In this document: piece by piece, positions 37,301 through 59,700 of the stretch
Numbering within the stretch: the first letter of the stretch is position 1
Layout: every line of letters begins with the position of its first letter
Assembly: GCA_965203295.1 (NCBI GenBank)
Contig: CBDBCZ010000017.1
Coordinates: 608,001 to 672,000, forward strand
DNA: 64,000 bases
Reading direction: 5' to 3'
From: Nitrospirales bacterium
GTDB taxonomy: Bacteria; Nitrospirota; Nitrospiria; Nitrospirales; UBA8639
The notes under the pieces: generated by a model
Told to the model about the DNA's origin: nothing
Seen by the model: only the letters and a program-made list of their open reading frames with translations
The model's database searches: none
Position numbers and translations under genes: made by a program

Positions 37301-40300
37301 GGGGGTGACTTTATATGGAATATGACCCTTGAACTGCAACTGAGGCAACCAAGCTTGGTTGAAACAGCCCTAACGTTTTTGCAGCACATGATTCATCCGT
37401 ACAATGATCGCCCAAAAGGGTAGCACATCCACCGGGACATTGTTCCTTTACACATTATAAGATATGAGATTTTGGAGATGTTATGCGGCTAGCGACTCAC
37501 CACATTCTGGGTCACTATCACTCCACATTCCATCTGCTTGACATGTTCGCACAGCAGCTCCCACAAGACGATAGATGGAACCACTGCATGAGTAGCTTGC
37601 AGTTGAGCCAAAAGTGGTCTCAGTCACTGTTACCATGCCATTCTCTGGATCTTGTAGGCTGCCACAATCCACAACTGCATAATAGACAGAAAAGATCTGG
37701 ATACGTAGATTATGTTACATATATACTGAATATCTGCAGTCATTATTAAGTATATCTCAATGGATGGGTAGCCGTCTAATAACACTGCATGGATATTGGA
37801 TGAGTTTGTGCAGTATTTTGGTGAGTCTGAAGGCCAAGCCAAAAACAAGCAAGATGACTTCTGTGCTGCAGACCTTTCACATAAAAAATGTCATGATCTA
37901 TCGATAGCTACATTGATCGCCTAGAAAGGTAATACGCTCTCTAGGACATTGTTCTGGTTTGTATTATGAGATATGAATTTGAATTGAAGGTGGCGTATCT
38001 CTACCCACATTCTGCATGGGGCACTACCACTCCACAATCCAAAATATTACACGACTAGCAACTTACCACATTCTGGGTCACTACCACTCCACAATCCAAA
38101 ATATTACACGACTAGCAACTTACCACATTCTGGGGCACTACCATTCCACATTCCATCTGCTTGACAAGTTCGCACAGCAGCTCCCACAAGGCGATAGTTG
38201 GAACTACTGCATGAGTAGTTTGCAGTTGAGCCTAAAGTGGCCTCAGTCACTGTTACCATGCCATTTTCTGGATCTTGTAGGCTGCCACAATCGATAACTG
38301 CAAAAGTAAAGCAACACTTACACTATCCTGAAAGAATTACAGTAGCTCAAAGTTTATACCTCTATCTAATGCCCACACTGCTAATAGTTATTTCAAACAA
38401 ATCCAGCAGGACACTTTATAGCCAAAGATCGAGATGTATGACTGTCACAGCATACACAAATGACATAGCCAGAATAACACAGCTAACTAGTGGTTACATA
38501 GCTATCCACAGTGTTTATAGTCTTGTTTGCTGCTTGCTTGTTATGGAAAATATGATTTTAATGTAGTTCCCAAAAATAGCTATACACGGTGCAGGTATCT
38601 GCCTAATGCTGCATAATATTGTCAAATTGTCTTTTGGTCAAAGCTGTACTTTATGGTTATGTCATCTGTGTAGCACAGAATGCTGTCACAAGTAATGTTT
38701 TTTGGTAGTTTAGGCTGCGGACCTTCGACAAAGGACATGAGTCATGTGTACAATGATTGCCCAAATAGGTAGTACGATCAGCAGGACATTGTTCTTTTAC
38801 ACATTATAAGAAATGAGATTTTGAAGGTGGTACCCGACCAGCAACTTACCACATTCTGGGGTACTGCCACTCCACATTCCATCTGCTTGACATGTTCGCT
38901 CAGCAACTCCCACAAGACGATAGATGGAGCCACTGCATGAGTAGCTTGCGGTTGAGCCAAAAGTGGTATCAGTCACTGTTACCATGCCATTCTCTGGATC
39001 TTGTAGGCTGCCACAATCCACAACTGCATAACAGACAGAAAAAGGTTTGAGTACGTAAATCATGTTACATATCAAAGGTCTGCAGTGATAAGCTAGTATG
39101 TCTTTATGGAAGGGAGCTGTCTAATAACACTGCATGGATATTGGATGAGTTTGTGCAGTATTTGGGTGAGTCTGAAGGACGAGCCAGATACAAGGAAGAC
39201 GGCTTCTATGCTGCTGACCTTCAATATATGTCATGATCTATTTATACATTGATTGCCTAGAAAGGTATTGCAATCAGCAGGACATTGTTCCTGTACATTA
39301 TTATTACTTATTGTACACAGTGTAGGTGGATCAAAGGAACGCACCGTACTGTATTTTTCATACAGTGAATAAGCGTGCTGTATTGCAAATACAGTACTGC
39401 GGTTGACATTATCCTAACATTTCCAGGCACTTTTACAGTTTTAAATTAATTTTCAGGGAGGCAGCGTAGTAGTACAACACAACAGTACACAAACATAAGA
39501 TGATTTTTTCCGAGTTAGATAACGTGTCATACACCCCGCTATGTAGTGAAGTTGTTCTGACAAGAGTTGGCAGATCTTCAAGAAAAGCTAAAAAATCTAG
39601 TAAAGCACCATTCGCACGATAGGCCCTACAGTAAATCGGCCAATAGACACAAAATATTGGCAGATGAAGCCATAGCACGTAAAACACTCCGAAAAACTGT
39701 AGCAGGACTGAACGACAGACAGCTAAGAAACACTGAAAGTAACCATCTATCTCCAGCCTAGTGCCATTTTGACACAAAATAGTAGGCTGGCAACATCAAC
39801 ACACACACGAAAACACAGAAACTCAACAAATAGTTTATCGTATTGTCCCACATCGCTCGAAATCGAGTCCTCTAGATCTAGTAGCTAGTACATTAGTCGG
39901 TACAACAAATTTGAATCCTTCTGTGGTTCCGTCAATCCACCCACGCTGTGACAAAAAACCAGTTAAAGCACCGTAAATGTTAATGCATCACGGAAATTAT
40001 TACACAAGGGGCTGGTCTTGAGGCACATACAGCCTTCGGCCTTCGGCCTCGTGCTGTATGTGCCTCTCGACCCGCCCCTCGTGAAATAAGTTCAGCGCTG
40101 CACTCACTACAGTGCTTTAACTAGTACATATGAGTTTTGAAATGTTACCACGGCTAGCGACTCACCACATTCTGGGGTACTATCACTCCACATTCCATCT
40201 GCTTGACATGTTCGCACAGCAGCTCCCACAAGACGATAGTTGGAACCACTGCATGAGTAGTTTGCAGTTGAGCCAAAAGTGGTTTCGGTAACTGTTACCT

Positions 40301-43013
40301 CGCCATTTTCTGGAGCTTGTAGGCTGCCACAATCGATAACTGCATGCATGAATAAAACATTATTATAGTTAAAGTGTAAGTAGCTCAGGAACAATAATGT
40401 GCTACAACTTACCACATTCAGGAACATTACCACTCCACGTTCCATTTGATTGGCAAGTACGCATGGCATCCCCCAAAAGATTGCTTCGATCACTGCAGGT
40501 ATAGCTTGCCATTGAGCCAAACGTAGTCATAGTCAAGGACACACTGCCATTTGCAGGATTTGTTAGACTGCCACAGTCTGCAGCTGTATGCATTGCAATA
40601 GAAATGTGCATAATGATAGAAATTTATCAAGGTGGTTATATGAATGGAGTGATCAACATTTTGCTCTTGCTTGCATGTGTACATATTCAACATTTAATCA
40701 AACGTCAGTTTATGCTTAAAGATTTAGTTAAAAACTTGAGATCTTATTGTACAGGTCACACATTTCAGATACATTTGCAATTACACTCAAAGTTAATCTC
40801 TAATGGCTTTAGCTAAATTACTACTTAATAAGTAATTGTAGTACTAAACTTCTTACCAACTACTGCTGTTATTACTGGAGCACCACCAGGACGTAGAGTG
40901 GGTAGATTATTACCATTCCCAACACAAAGAGGATTGGCTTCCAATTCACTCTGACTTGGATTTGAAAGACTGCGGTACCACACTTCAAGGTTTGTATACT
41001 GTACTCCTTCATCCAGTTCCACCCCTCCAGTGCCACCATCGTGGTTAGTGTAGAACCCCACAACATCTCCAGGCTCCACTATGACCTGATCATTCTCTGG
41101 TACATCGATTACAATGCATGAACGAACATTATGGACGGTTGCTGCAACTCCATCATTCACAAAGTTGGAATCAACTAGAGAGTAACAGTCATTAGTGTCC
41201 GTCGGTCTCCACACTTCAAAATAGATATCATATAGATCATCATTCGCTCGTGGATCCACACATGCTCCCCACTGTACTACACTGCCTCTACAGGTGAAGG
41301 TGTATTCTGGTATAATGGCTTGGATTGAATTAGGAAGTCTTGGGACCCCATCTCGATCACCAAATAGAGGTGCTCTCAATAAACACTGTGAATTGTCTAA
41401 AAATAATAGATAGAAAATAATTTTAACACCCAGGAAATTACATTTATACCCCATTCTCATTATGACTACAATGGCGTACAAAACTTTGGTAGTGTTATTA
41501 TTAGCAGTAAAATAGAATTGGCACTAGGTAATGCAGTTGTTGACCCTTACCAACCACAGCTGTTATTACAGGAGCACCACTAGTAGAAAGTGTGTTTAGA
41601 TCTCCAGTGGCTCCAATGCAAAGAGAGCTGTCCTCTAAATCACTCTGAGTTGGATTCGAAAGTGTACGGTACCACACATCAAGGTCTACATCAGTGTCCA
41701 CTTCAATACCACCACTATCGTCATTATGATCAGAGTAAAACCCCATAACATCTCCTGGCTCCACCATGATACGCTGATCCTCCGGCACATCATATACTAT
41801 GCAGCCTCGAGGAACATCTGGATCTCCATCAGCAACAAAGTTGGAATCTACGATGGAGTAACACCCATCAACTCCATTCGACCTCCACACTTGAAAGTAA
41901 ATGTCATATCTTTCAGAAATTCCCCGTGGCTGGACACACGCACCCCACTGAACCACTGGACCGCTGCAAGTGAAGGTGTATGTCGGCAGAATCGCTTGGA
42001 TTTTGTCTGGTAGTTCACTGTTCGGGTCTCGGTCACCAAACAGAGGTAGGCCTTGAGGGCACTGGGAATTTGCTGCATAGGAAGAAATAATGCTAGTATA
42101 ATAATTGTGTTAGTTATAGTGCTAGCTGTACTCGTGCATGATAGGAATAATTGCCTCTATGTACTTTACTCCAACAACAGGAGTTTTCCTTAGGGGTACA
42201 GTAGTATATAAACATAATATTCACGTATTTAGTAGAGCCCTCTCAATTGTATCAGGAGAGCATTAACAGACAGTCAGTACCTCCCCTGTTTGGGGTTATG
42301 CACTTCGGCTTTTATTCAGACTGACAAATGGACATAAAGCAATTGTTCTGTTCACAGCCTTCGGTCCACTCAGGTAAAAAATAAGAACACGTTGCCATGA
42401 TTTTTTGTGTACCACTGTAACCATACTCGCAACACTGCTACTCATTATAGCAATGTTGCATGCATCTATGGACCTAGTGTACCAACCATTAAAACAAAGT
42501 AGTAGTAGCTACGTATAGTCAGGAATTTATTTATGCACCAACTATTGCACACATTGTTGCCAATATCACCAGAAAGAAGTACTAATGGTCGTTCAGTGAC
42601 CAACAATGATATAACTGATCAAGAATTGGCATGTGCCCAGGCCCCAGACAGAGTGCAAGATCAGCAAACTACCAGACATTAATTAAAGTGTATTATAAAA
42701 AACAAAAACATGCATGATGGATGAACAGAAAGCTTCCCACAGTGTTCTGCTCGCAAGCAGTCTTGGCACCAGCCCATCAGGTCGTTTGCAACATTTTCCC
42801 AAAGTAGTCTCAGCCTCGATGTTGGGCTGGTGTACGCATTTTTCATAGTGATTTTGAAGGGGGAGGGTCTGAGTATATACAAACATACGTACACCGCGTA
42901 GATGATCAGGAGTGAGTAATACGCTCACCTTCGGCCACCAGCAAAAGTAGCGCAGCTGCCAGTACCGCTACCAAAAACTCAAATTGCTTTCTTCCCAGCA
43001 ATAGACAGGCCAT
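34331..43013 (-). CDS. Kinase-less receptor KL-1: signal peptide - A - B - 8x Sushi - TM - Tyr-motif cytoplasmic tail (~990 aa); appears intact
   Basis: Exons 43013-42929 (SP), 42072-41551 (A), 41396-40857 (B), Sushi 40583-40413, 40339-40166, 39023-38850, 38297-38124, 37674-37501, 36439-36266, 36033-35860, 35206-35033 (all phase 1-1), TM+tail 34773-34331 with NPRY, NAAY, VAYNTI, YDYI, YEYV; no kinase exons follow. Confidence 0.9.
36954..37370. mobile_element. Harbinger-like MITE in a KL-1 Sushi intron
   Basis: Imperfect TIRs GGGTTGCTTCAACTAAGCTTGGTT..CCTCAGTTGCA / TGCAACTGAGGCAACCAAGCTTGGTTGAAACAGCCC, flanked by TTA/TAA. Confidence 0.7.
38005..38150. repeat. 57-bp tandem repeat made of a Sushi exon 3' end plus splice donor
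   Basis: CCACATTCTGGG..CACTACCACTCCACAATCCAAAATATTACACGACTAGCAACTTA repeated ~2.5 times. Confidence 0.85.
39300..40120. mobile_element. Insertion with terminal GCCTTCGGC-loop hairpin in the KL-1 Sushi 2/3 intron
   Basis: Long hairpin 39963-40120 (TTAAAGCAC..GAGGCACATACAGC / GCTGTATGTGCCTC..GTGCTTTAA); additional inverted pair at ~39317 and ~39930; absent from sibling Sushi introns. Confidence 0.55.
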
Positions 43014-43076
43014 GCCGACGTCGGGTTTATTGGCTATAACAAAACAACCCCTCCCTCTCACTTTGGAATGCGTGGT

Positions 43077-43104
43077 CGGGCGCGGCGCGCGAAGGGTCAC
43101 GTGG
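43077..43104 (-). promoter_or_regulatory. Conserved promoter module of KL-1
   Basis: GGGCGCGGCGCGCGAAGGGTCACGTG, CACGTG at 43098-43103. Confidence 0.55.
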
Positions 43105-43343
43105 TTAATGTAATATTTTGCTGGCCGTGAATAGACTATTGCACACCTGTTCTTTCTGTATATATACTACACCACATTGATTTTCTTGTGCAATGTAGTT
43201 CTAAAACTGCCATGAACAATTTGGTACAACTTATAAAACGTTATAATGTTGCCGATTTGGCTATTTATATCAACAATTACATGTATAATGTGCAATCACA
43301 AATCGTTTGAATTCTCTGTGAAAACATAATGTATTCAGAAGCT

Positions 43344-53472
<10,129 letters not shown>

Positions 53473-53723
53473 CTCCGGCTCCTTAGACTACTTTACAGAT
53501 CTGGGTCACTTCCATGGTAACTTGTGTCCGGGAACGCCCACTATTGATGGTGGGAGGGGCTGCGGCATCCCAGGCTGCAGCGCAGGCCGGCGCCTGCCGG
53601 CCCATATCTCAAAAATAATTTTTGGCGCGAATTTGTCGCTTACGTCATGCGATTCATAACGGCCGGCCGCCAGCCCTCAACGCGATACCAACTGGCGGCC
53701 ATGGTAACGTCTTCGAGATCGCA
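53473..53723. promoter_or_regulatory. GC-rich bidirectional promoter with two RFX X-box-like motifs
   Basis: 251 bp between divergent ATGs (53472 minus, 53724 plus); CCATGGTAAC at ~53512-53521 and ~53699-53708; TTACGTCA (CRE-like) at 53640 and TTTTGGCGCG (E2F-like) at ~53620. Confidence 0.55.
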
Positions 53724-56700
53724 ATGGCGCACCCCAGAGTCAGTGTCGTAGCTGCTGCGTTGATCACAATACTACTAGTACTGCAGCCACACAGTTGCCA
53801 GAGGTAACGTACAACCCATATAAAGCTAGCATAGTCATAGTGTGTATATGAGCGCAAGTGTTCAGTCCACCATGCATAGATAGTAGTGTGCATACGAGTC
53901 CACCCTACAGGGCGTCCGGTTAGGTATCGCATCAACATTTCTCATTGTCATAGTTAGAACATTGTTATACTTGTTTATTCAATTTCCGTTAGAGACGTAC
54001 TGTTAGCATTCACTTATTTTTAGGGTTTGAGTTACTAGGTTAGGGTTGGGTTAATAGAGTTTGGTTAGGGGCTAGGAAGCTAATCGTTGGGTTTAGCACT
54101 GGCTACAGAGCTTCATTTTCAAGCTATTCACTAGTTCACGATCGAGTGTGCATGTGCATGCATTCCCTATATAAATGTACATGCTAACGTAATGTCTCTA
54201 ACGGCTTGTGTTTATTCTACAGCTACAATCCTACTGAGGGAGTTCACATCAACCTGGGAAACAGAGGAGTCCCAAGCCACGGCGTTTTGAACCAAGCTGA
54301 CATAGGAACGGCAGAAGATAGCTTCCTACACTGCCGCTCTGACAGTCCACGAGCGGACATTGGAACATGGTTTTATCCCAATGGAAGCGAGATCAGTTTC
54401 GAGAGCGAGGGAGAGATACTCTATCAGGAGAGAGGGGTCGGTGTGGTGAGTCTGTATTCCACGAGCAACACCAGTATTCCGGAGGGCGTCTATAGTTGCG
54501 TAATGCCAGCAGAAGATGGAGAAATACATTCAGCATATGTTGGAATATATGCTGAAGATTCAGGTATCTCAGCTTAACTCATGATTTACTGAAACTAACT
54601 GTAGGCTTGCCTACAAATTGATGTAGATGCACAACTTCTAACTATTAGGTGCTCCGGTCATTTTAGAAGAAATATCCTTCCTTGCACTGACCACTTGGGA
54701 CGCTGCCACTCCAGTGTTTACCCTGACCTTGACATCAAGTGGGGGGCCCGCCCCATTAGTCGTTTGGACTAGAGACTGTGTTCCGTTTCAAAGTGACAGC
54801 ACACATGTCCAATCAATGACACTGCTGGACCCGGAAAGTGCTACCTATCGGCATTCTCTGAGGGTGACCGATGAAACCAGCGGTGTTTACAGGTGTATTG
54901 TTATCAACTGGATGGGGTGTGCCAGTGCAGCCATAAATTTCACTAGTATTCAGTTGATGGAGAACGAAATGTCACCAGAAGTAACTAGCAGATGTGAGTA
55001 GCTGTTTGTTAAGTTTTGTTTACGTAAATAAATGATTAAAAGCTATGTATTTGGAATAAAAAAAAGCAAGGAACGCGTAGGCAATACAACACAAGCAGGA
55101 CAACATTTCTCCAGAAAAGGAAATACTAATAAAGGACTAAAGTAGAGCACAACAATGATTTTTACTTTTAACCTTTTTACCAGTATAGGCCACTTTACTG
55201 CCCAAAGAAATAAAACAAAAGCCCATACTTTATACTAACGCCTTATATAAAAACACCATATAAATTTATATGGGCCTTATGGAAGCAGGTCTCTACTGGT
55301 GAAAGGGTTAAAGGAGTGACTGTGCCATACTTTATACTAATTAACGCCTAATATAAAAACACCATATAAATTTATATGGGCCTTATGGAAGCAGGTCTCT
55401 ACCGGTTCATGAAAGGGTTAAAGGAGTGACTGTTAATTGTTGTTGCTGTTTACTGTATTGACTGAGAACCAATCTTATATTTTTAATTAGGTGCTTGGAT
55501 GACATTCGATGAAAGACTAGTGTATAACAACAGTATCGTAAACAGGTACGACATATACACCCCAGACAGAGTTTCTCTGCAGTGCTGGACAGACGACAAC
55601 ACCACGACCAGTTGGTACTATCCCGATGGTACAGAGGTTCCCATCAATTCACCAACGGCTTTCTTTCAAACAAGTGGTGATAGAGTCAGCATCTTGAGCA
55701 GACACGGAGGTGGTGTGGATGGAGTATATAGCTGTGTGGTACCAGGGCAGGATGGAGATGAACACACACTGTATATTGGTATCTACGGCAGTCCAGGTAA
55801 AAAATCGTGTGTTTGTAATGTATGCAATTATTCTGTGGAGTATCTCTACCATGAATGCCCGCAGCAGCAGACTTTACATCATTTATATGCACTGTTAATT
55901 ATATAACATAAATTCCAAACTCTATCTGCAGTGCATGAAATAAATACACCATTTTCTCATATGCACTGTTTTACACATAATTATAATTATGATGAATTTT
56001 GAATGTATTCCGCTTTAATCAATATCCAGGTACTGTGGGTACACCATTCATAACTGATATTCAGTTTCAGCAACTGGACAATGAGACGGTAGTTCTAAAT
56101 TGCTCTTCAACGGGAGGTCCGGCGTCTGAAACATTTTGGACAAGAAACTGCATCCAGATCCAAAGCGACGAGAGTCACATCTTTTCCAAAGTACTGGTCG
56201 ACAGTGAATCAGCTACGTATGAGAATACACTCCAAATCACCGGTGAATGTGTTGGGTTGTATCAGTGCATCGTGACGAACCCCAGGGGAGCAGCAATAGC
56301 AAACTACTCTTGCGGAGGGAATGATGCTCATGATGCTGCTTGCAATAGTTGAGTACCTTTTTTGTCATTCGTGATCATTGCCCTTGCTTTCAATCCTGCA
56401 GCTAGCTAACATGTATGAATGGAAACGTTGTTTTTTATATATATAGCAGTGCTTTTCATCACATTTCACTATCAAATCTCTTCCAACGCAGGCGTCTGGA
56501 TTACACACAATGACAGAGTACTCCCTAACAACAGCATTGTAAACCTGGAAGATATTAACTTTCAGGGCAAAGGGACTTTGAAGTGCTGGACTAGCTGGTA
56601 TTATTGCTGCAATGCCGCTTTCACTCTCGATAACGAGTTCATCGGACACTGGTATCTTCCCAGTGGAGAGTCAGTAGGCTTTAAGAGTGACTACATCTAC

Positions 56701-59700
56701 TCTGGAATTGACATTTACCGCTCAAGAATTCACCAGGTGGTCTTACTGCACAGGAAGGAAGGAGGAACGGAAGGCATCTTCCACTGTTCCATTCCAAATG
56801 AGAATGGAGAAAATATCGACCTGTACGTGGGAATATATAAATCTTCAACTCCTGCTGGTAATGATCACAATTTTTTTATACACACTTACACCCTTTCTTC
56901 CACCCATACTAATGTTTGTGCTTTCCTTCTAAACGTATATTCACTCTTATAGGTATTCCTCTCGGAGTTGGGGTACCCCAGTTTGAAGTGCTAACTGAGA
57001 CAGATGCTGAGAATCCTGTATTTTCTCTGACGTGCATCTCTATTGGAGGACCTCCCACTTCCGTGAGCTGGACCAGAGATGGAGCTGGTATCCCAGATTC
57101 TGAGGAGGGAGGGAGCTACGTCACCTCTCAGACGTGTATTGACACTGTCACTGCGACGTATTATAACCAACTGTGGATACACGGGAGATTGGAGGGTTTA
57201 TATGAGTGCCTAGTTTCCAATGAAAAAGGAACGTCTCCGACCATTGTTAGCTACTTGATGAAAGGTGAAGGACACACGTGTTCAGTGTAAACTTAGGAAA
57301 TGTGTGCAGCCTAGATTGTAACTTGTAAATAATTGAACAGAATTCTTTATTTCTTTTCAGCTCCTACTGCACCTGCTATCTTAACTGCATCACCAGCAGA
57401 AACATCAGTGGATATATCTTGGAGCAGCCAGCCAATGAATCACAGCGATTACAGCATCATTGATTTTTATGAGGTCCATGCCATCCCAGCGGAAGGATCG
57501 TGCACTGAGTTAAACACGAGCCACGTAGTGGTGGTTGTGGATGGTAGAAGCACAGATTGCACAGTAACGTCTTTGGAAGAAAATACCACATACATCTTTA
57601 CTGTAGTAGCAGTCAATGGCATTGGTAGATCTAACTATAGTGGGGAGCAGCACGTCACGACATTACCTTCAGGTATGAATGGAGTGTTTTCAGTACACAT
57701 ATTACCTATGTTTACTCAAATGTCTTCATTTACCTGTACAATAATATTCAATGGGAGTTTATACCGTGTATGTATTCAGAGAATAGGACTCCTGGAGCTA
57801 CAGTTATGAAATCACAATGATATACTGGTGTAATGCTTGTCCCTTACTTTGTGGGGCTTTACTATGTACTACTACTATTAGAGTGTTTGGCTTCCGTTAG
57901 TAATGCTTTATTTGTACAACAGTCACAGGATCTAGCCTCAAACCTTGTCCTTCCCAGCTCTCGCAAAAAAAATGTCAACGCCCAAGAGCAGTGTTCGTCT
58001 TTTTTTTTTTTTGTGCGTGCGGGGAAGACCTTGGTTCAAGGCTACCACAGATCATGCTTTATGCAATCTTAGTGATACAACTGTCTCTTATTTTATAGTT
58101 CCTTCCGGTGCTCCTGAAGCTGTGACAAGCACAGCCACATCTTCAACCAGCATTCTTATCCAATGGCAACCAGTGCGCTGCATACATCGCAACAGCGATA
58201 TAGCAAGCTACCTATTGCAGATTGATAGCGCTTCCACAACAGAGTCTGCGAATAGCCACAATCAGGACTATGAGTTTACTGGCCTGAATACCTACACCAA
58301 CTACTCTATCAAAGTGGCAGCGGAGAATGTTTATGGAGATACTGGTCCATTTAGTGAGAGTACGACAACAGAGACACCCGAAGATGGTGAGACTGCTTTT
58401 AGCGGTGATATGATCACTGCTTAGGTATATACGTATAACCCTTATCCACTCCCACTGCTAAATTAATGAAACCGTCATCATGAGAAACCATTAATCACAG
58501 ACTCAATTTGTTAATCATCAGACTACAATGCTTTGTGTATAATTTTGGGTGTTGTTTTGAATATTAGCCTCGTACCCAACCGCCCACACTGAAAATTATA
58601 CAAAATTTCAATGAATTTATAGGTATATATCTAAGTATAAATTGTGTCAATGACTTTACTTAATCAACATAATGAATAACAACAATTATCTATGTCTATA
58701 TATATATATATATCATTCAGTCCCAGGGCCTGTACATCTCCTATCAGCTACTCCTCTACTGACGGCAATACAAATCACATGGCTTACACCTCGTGTGCAG
58801 AATGGTGTCATTATTACATATGAGGTCATGTATGAAGGACCACAGGAGAGTGAATCAGTGAACACCACCGAACTATCATTTGCACTGACCGACCTTGAAC
58901 CAAACAGTAGCTACGTCTTTACTGTCAGTGGATACACTCGGGCAGGACGTGGTGATAATGTAACAGTGAACAGCACACCAATTGACCACAGTAAGCTACC
59001 ATGCATGCAACAATACTTAAATATTAGAGAGAGTTCCATACCCCATGCATGCAGTCTCTATCCAATTATACATCTGTGTTCAGTGCTGCATATAGGACAA
59101 TCAAGAGGGTATACTATTGGTGTTAATGGGTTACATATTAGGCGTCGTTCCATACCCCATGCATGTTCAGTGTTACATATAGGACAACCAAGGGGGTATA
59201 CTATCGGCGGTGTTAATGGGTTTTAATTAAATATTAGGAACAGTTCTATATATCTCATGTATGTGTGCAGTCTCTATCCCATTATACATCAGTGTAGCCT
59301 CATTCCCAGGCTCTACTGACCAGCTTTTTTTGCACGTAGTAAAATAAGCGGTCAGAGAAAAAAAGCTGGTCATTAGAGCCGGGGAACGAGGCTACATCAG
59401 TGTTCAGTGCTACATATATGACACAGTAATAAAACGTAGTCTAGTGTGCTACTGTAGTAAATGGCATAATGAACTTCTTCCTCACAGTTGTGGTTGAGAA
59501 CGTACAAACAGAACAGATAGATGAACACTCCATTTTAGTGATATGGAATGAGCTGGATATACCAGGTTCAACCGTTGTGAACTACACAGTCTACTACAGC
59601 AGTTTATCAGTCACGGTAACCACGAGGACCACAACTGTACCTGACGACTCCACTCAGGAGTTCCCACCAAATGTCACTCATGGCATTTTTCGAGAACTGG

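Noticed and set aside
39433..39777. ORFs inside the intronic insertion as a transposase
   Set aside because: Short and without a recognisable DDE, RT or recombinase motif
6898..43013. Protocadherin-like splicing of upstream ectodomain exons onto one shared kinase cassette
   Set aside because: Phases would allow it, but each gene has its own TM and terminal exons and nothing in the sequence supports cross-gene splicing
1..43013. Whole cluster as an assembly artefact
   Set aside because: Copies differ by paralog-specific MITEs, Sushi number and divergent tails, far beyond expected allelic differences; only the near-identical RTK-2 Sushi units remain in doubt
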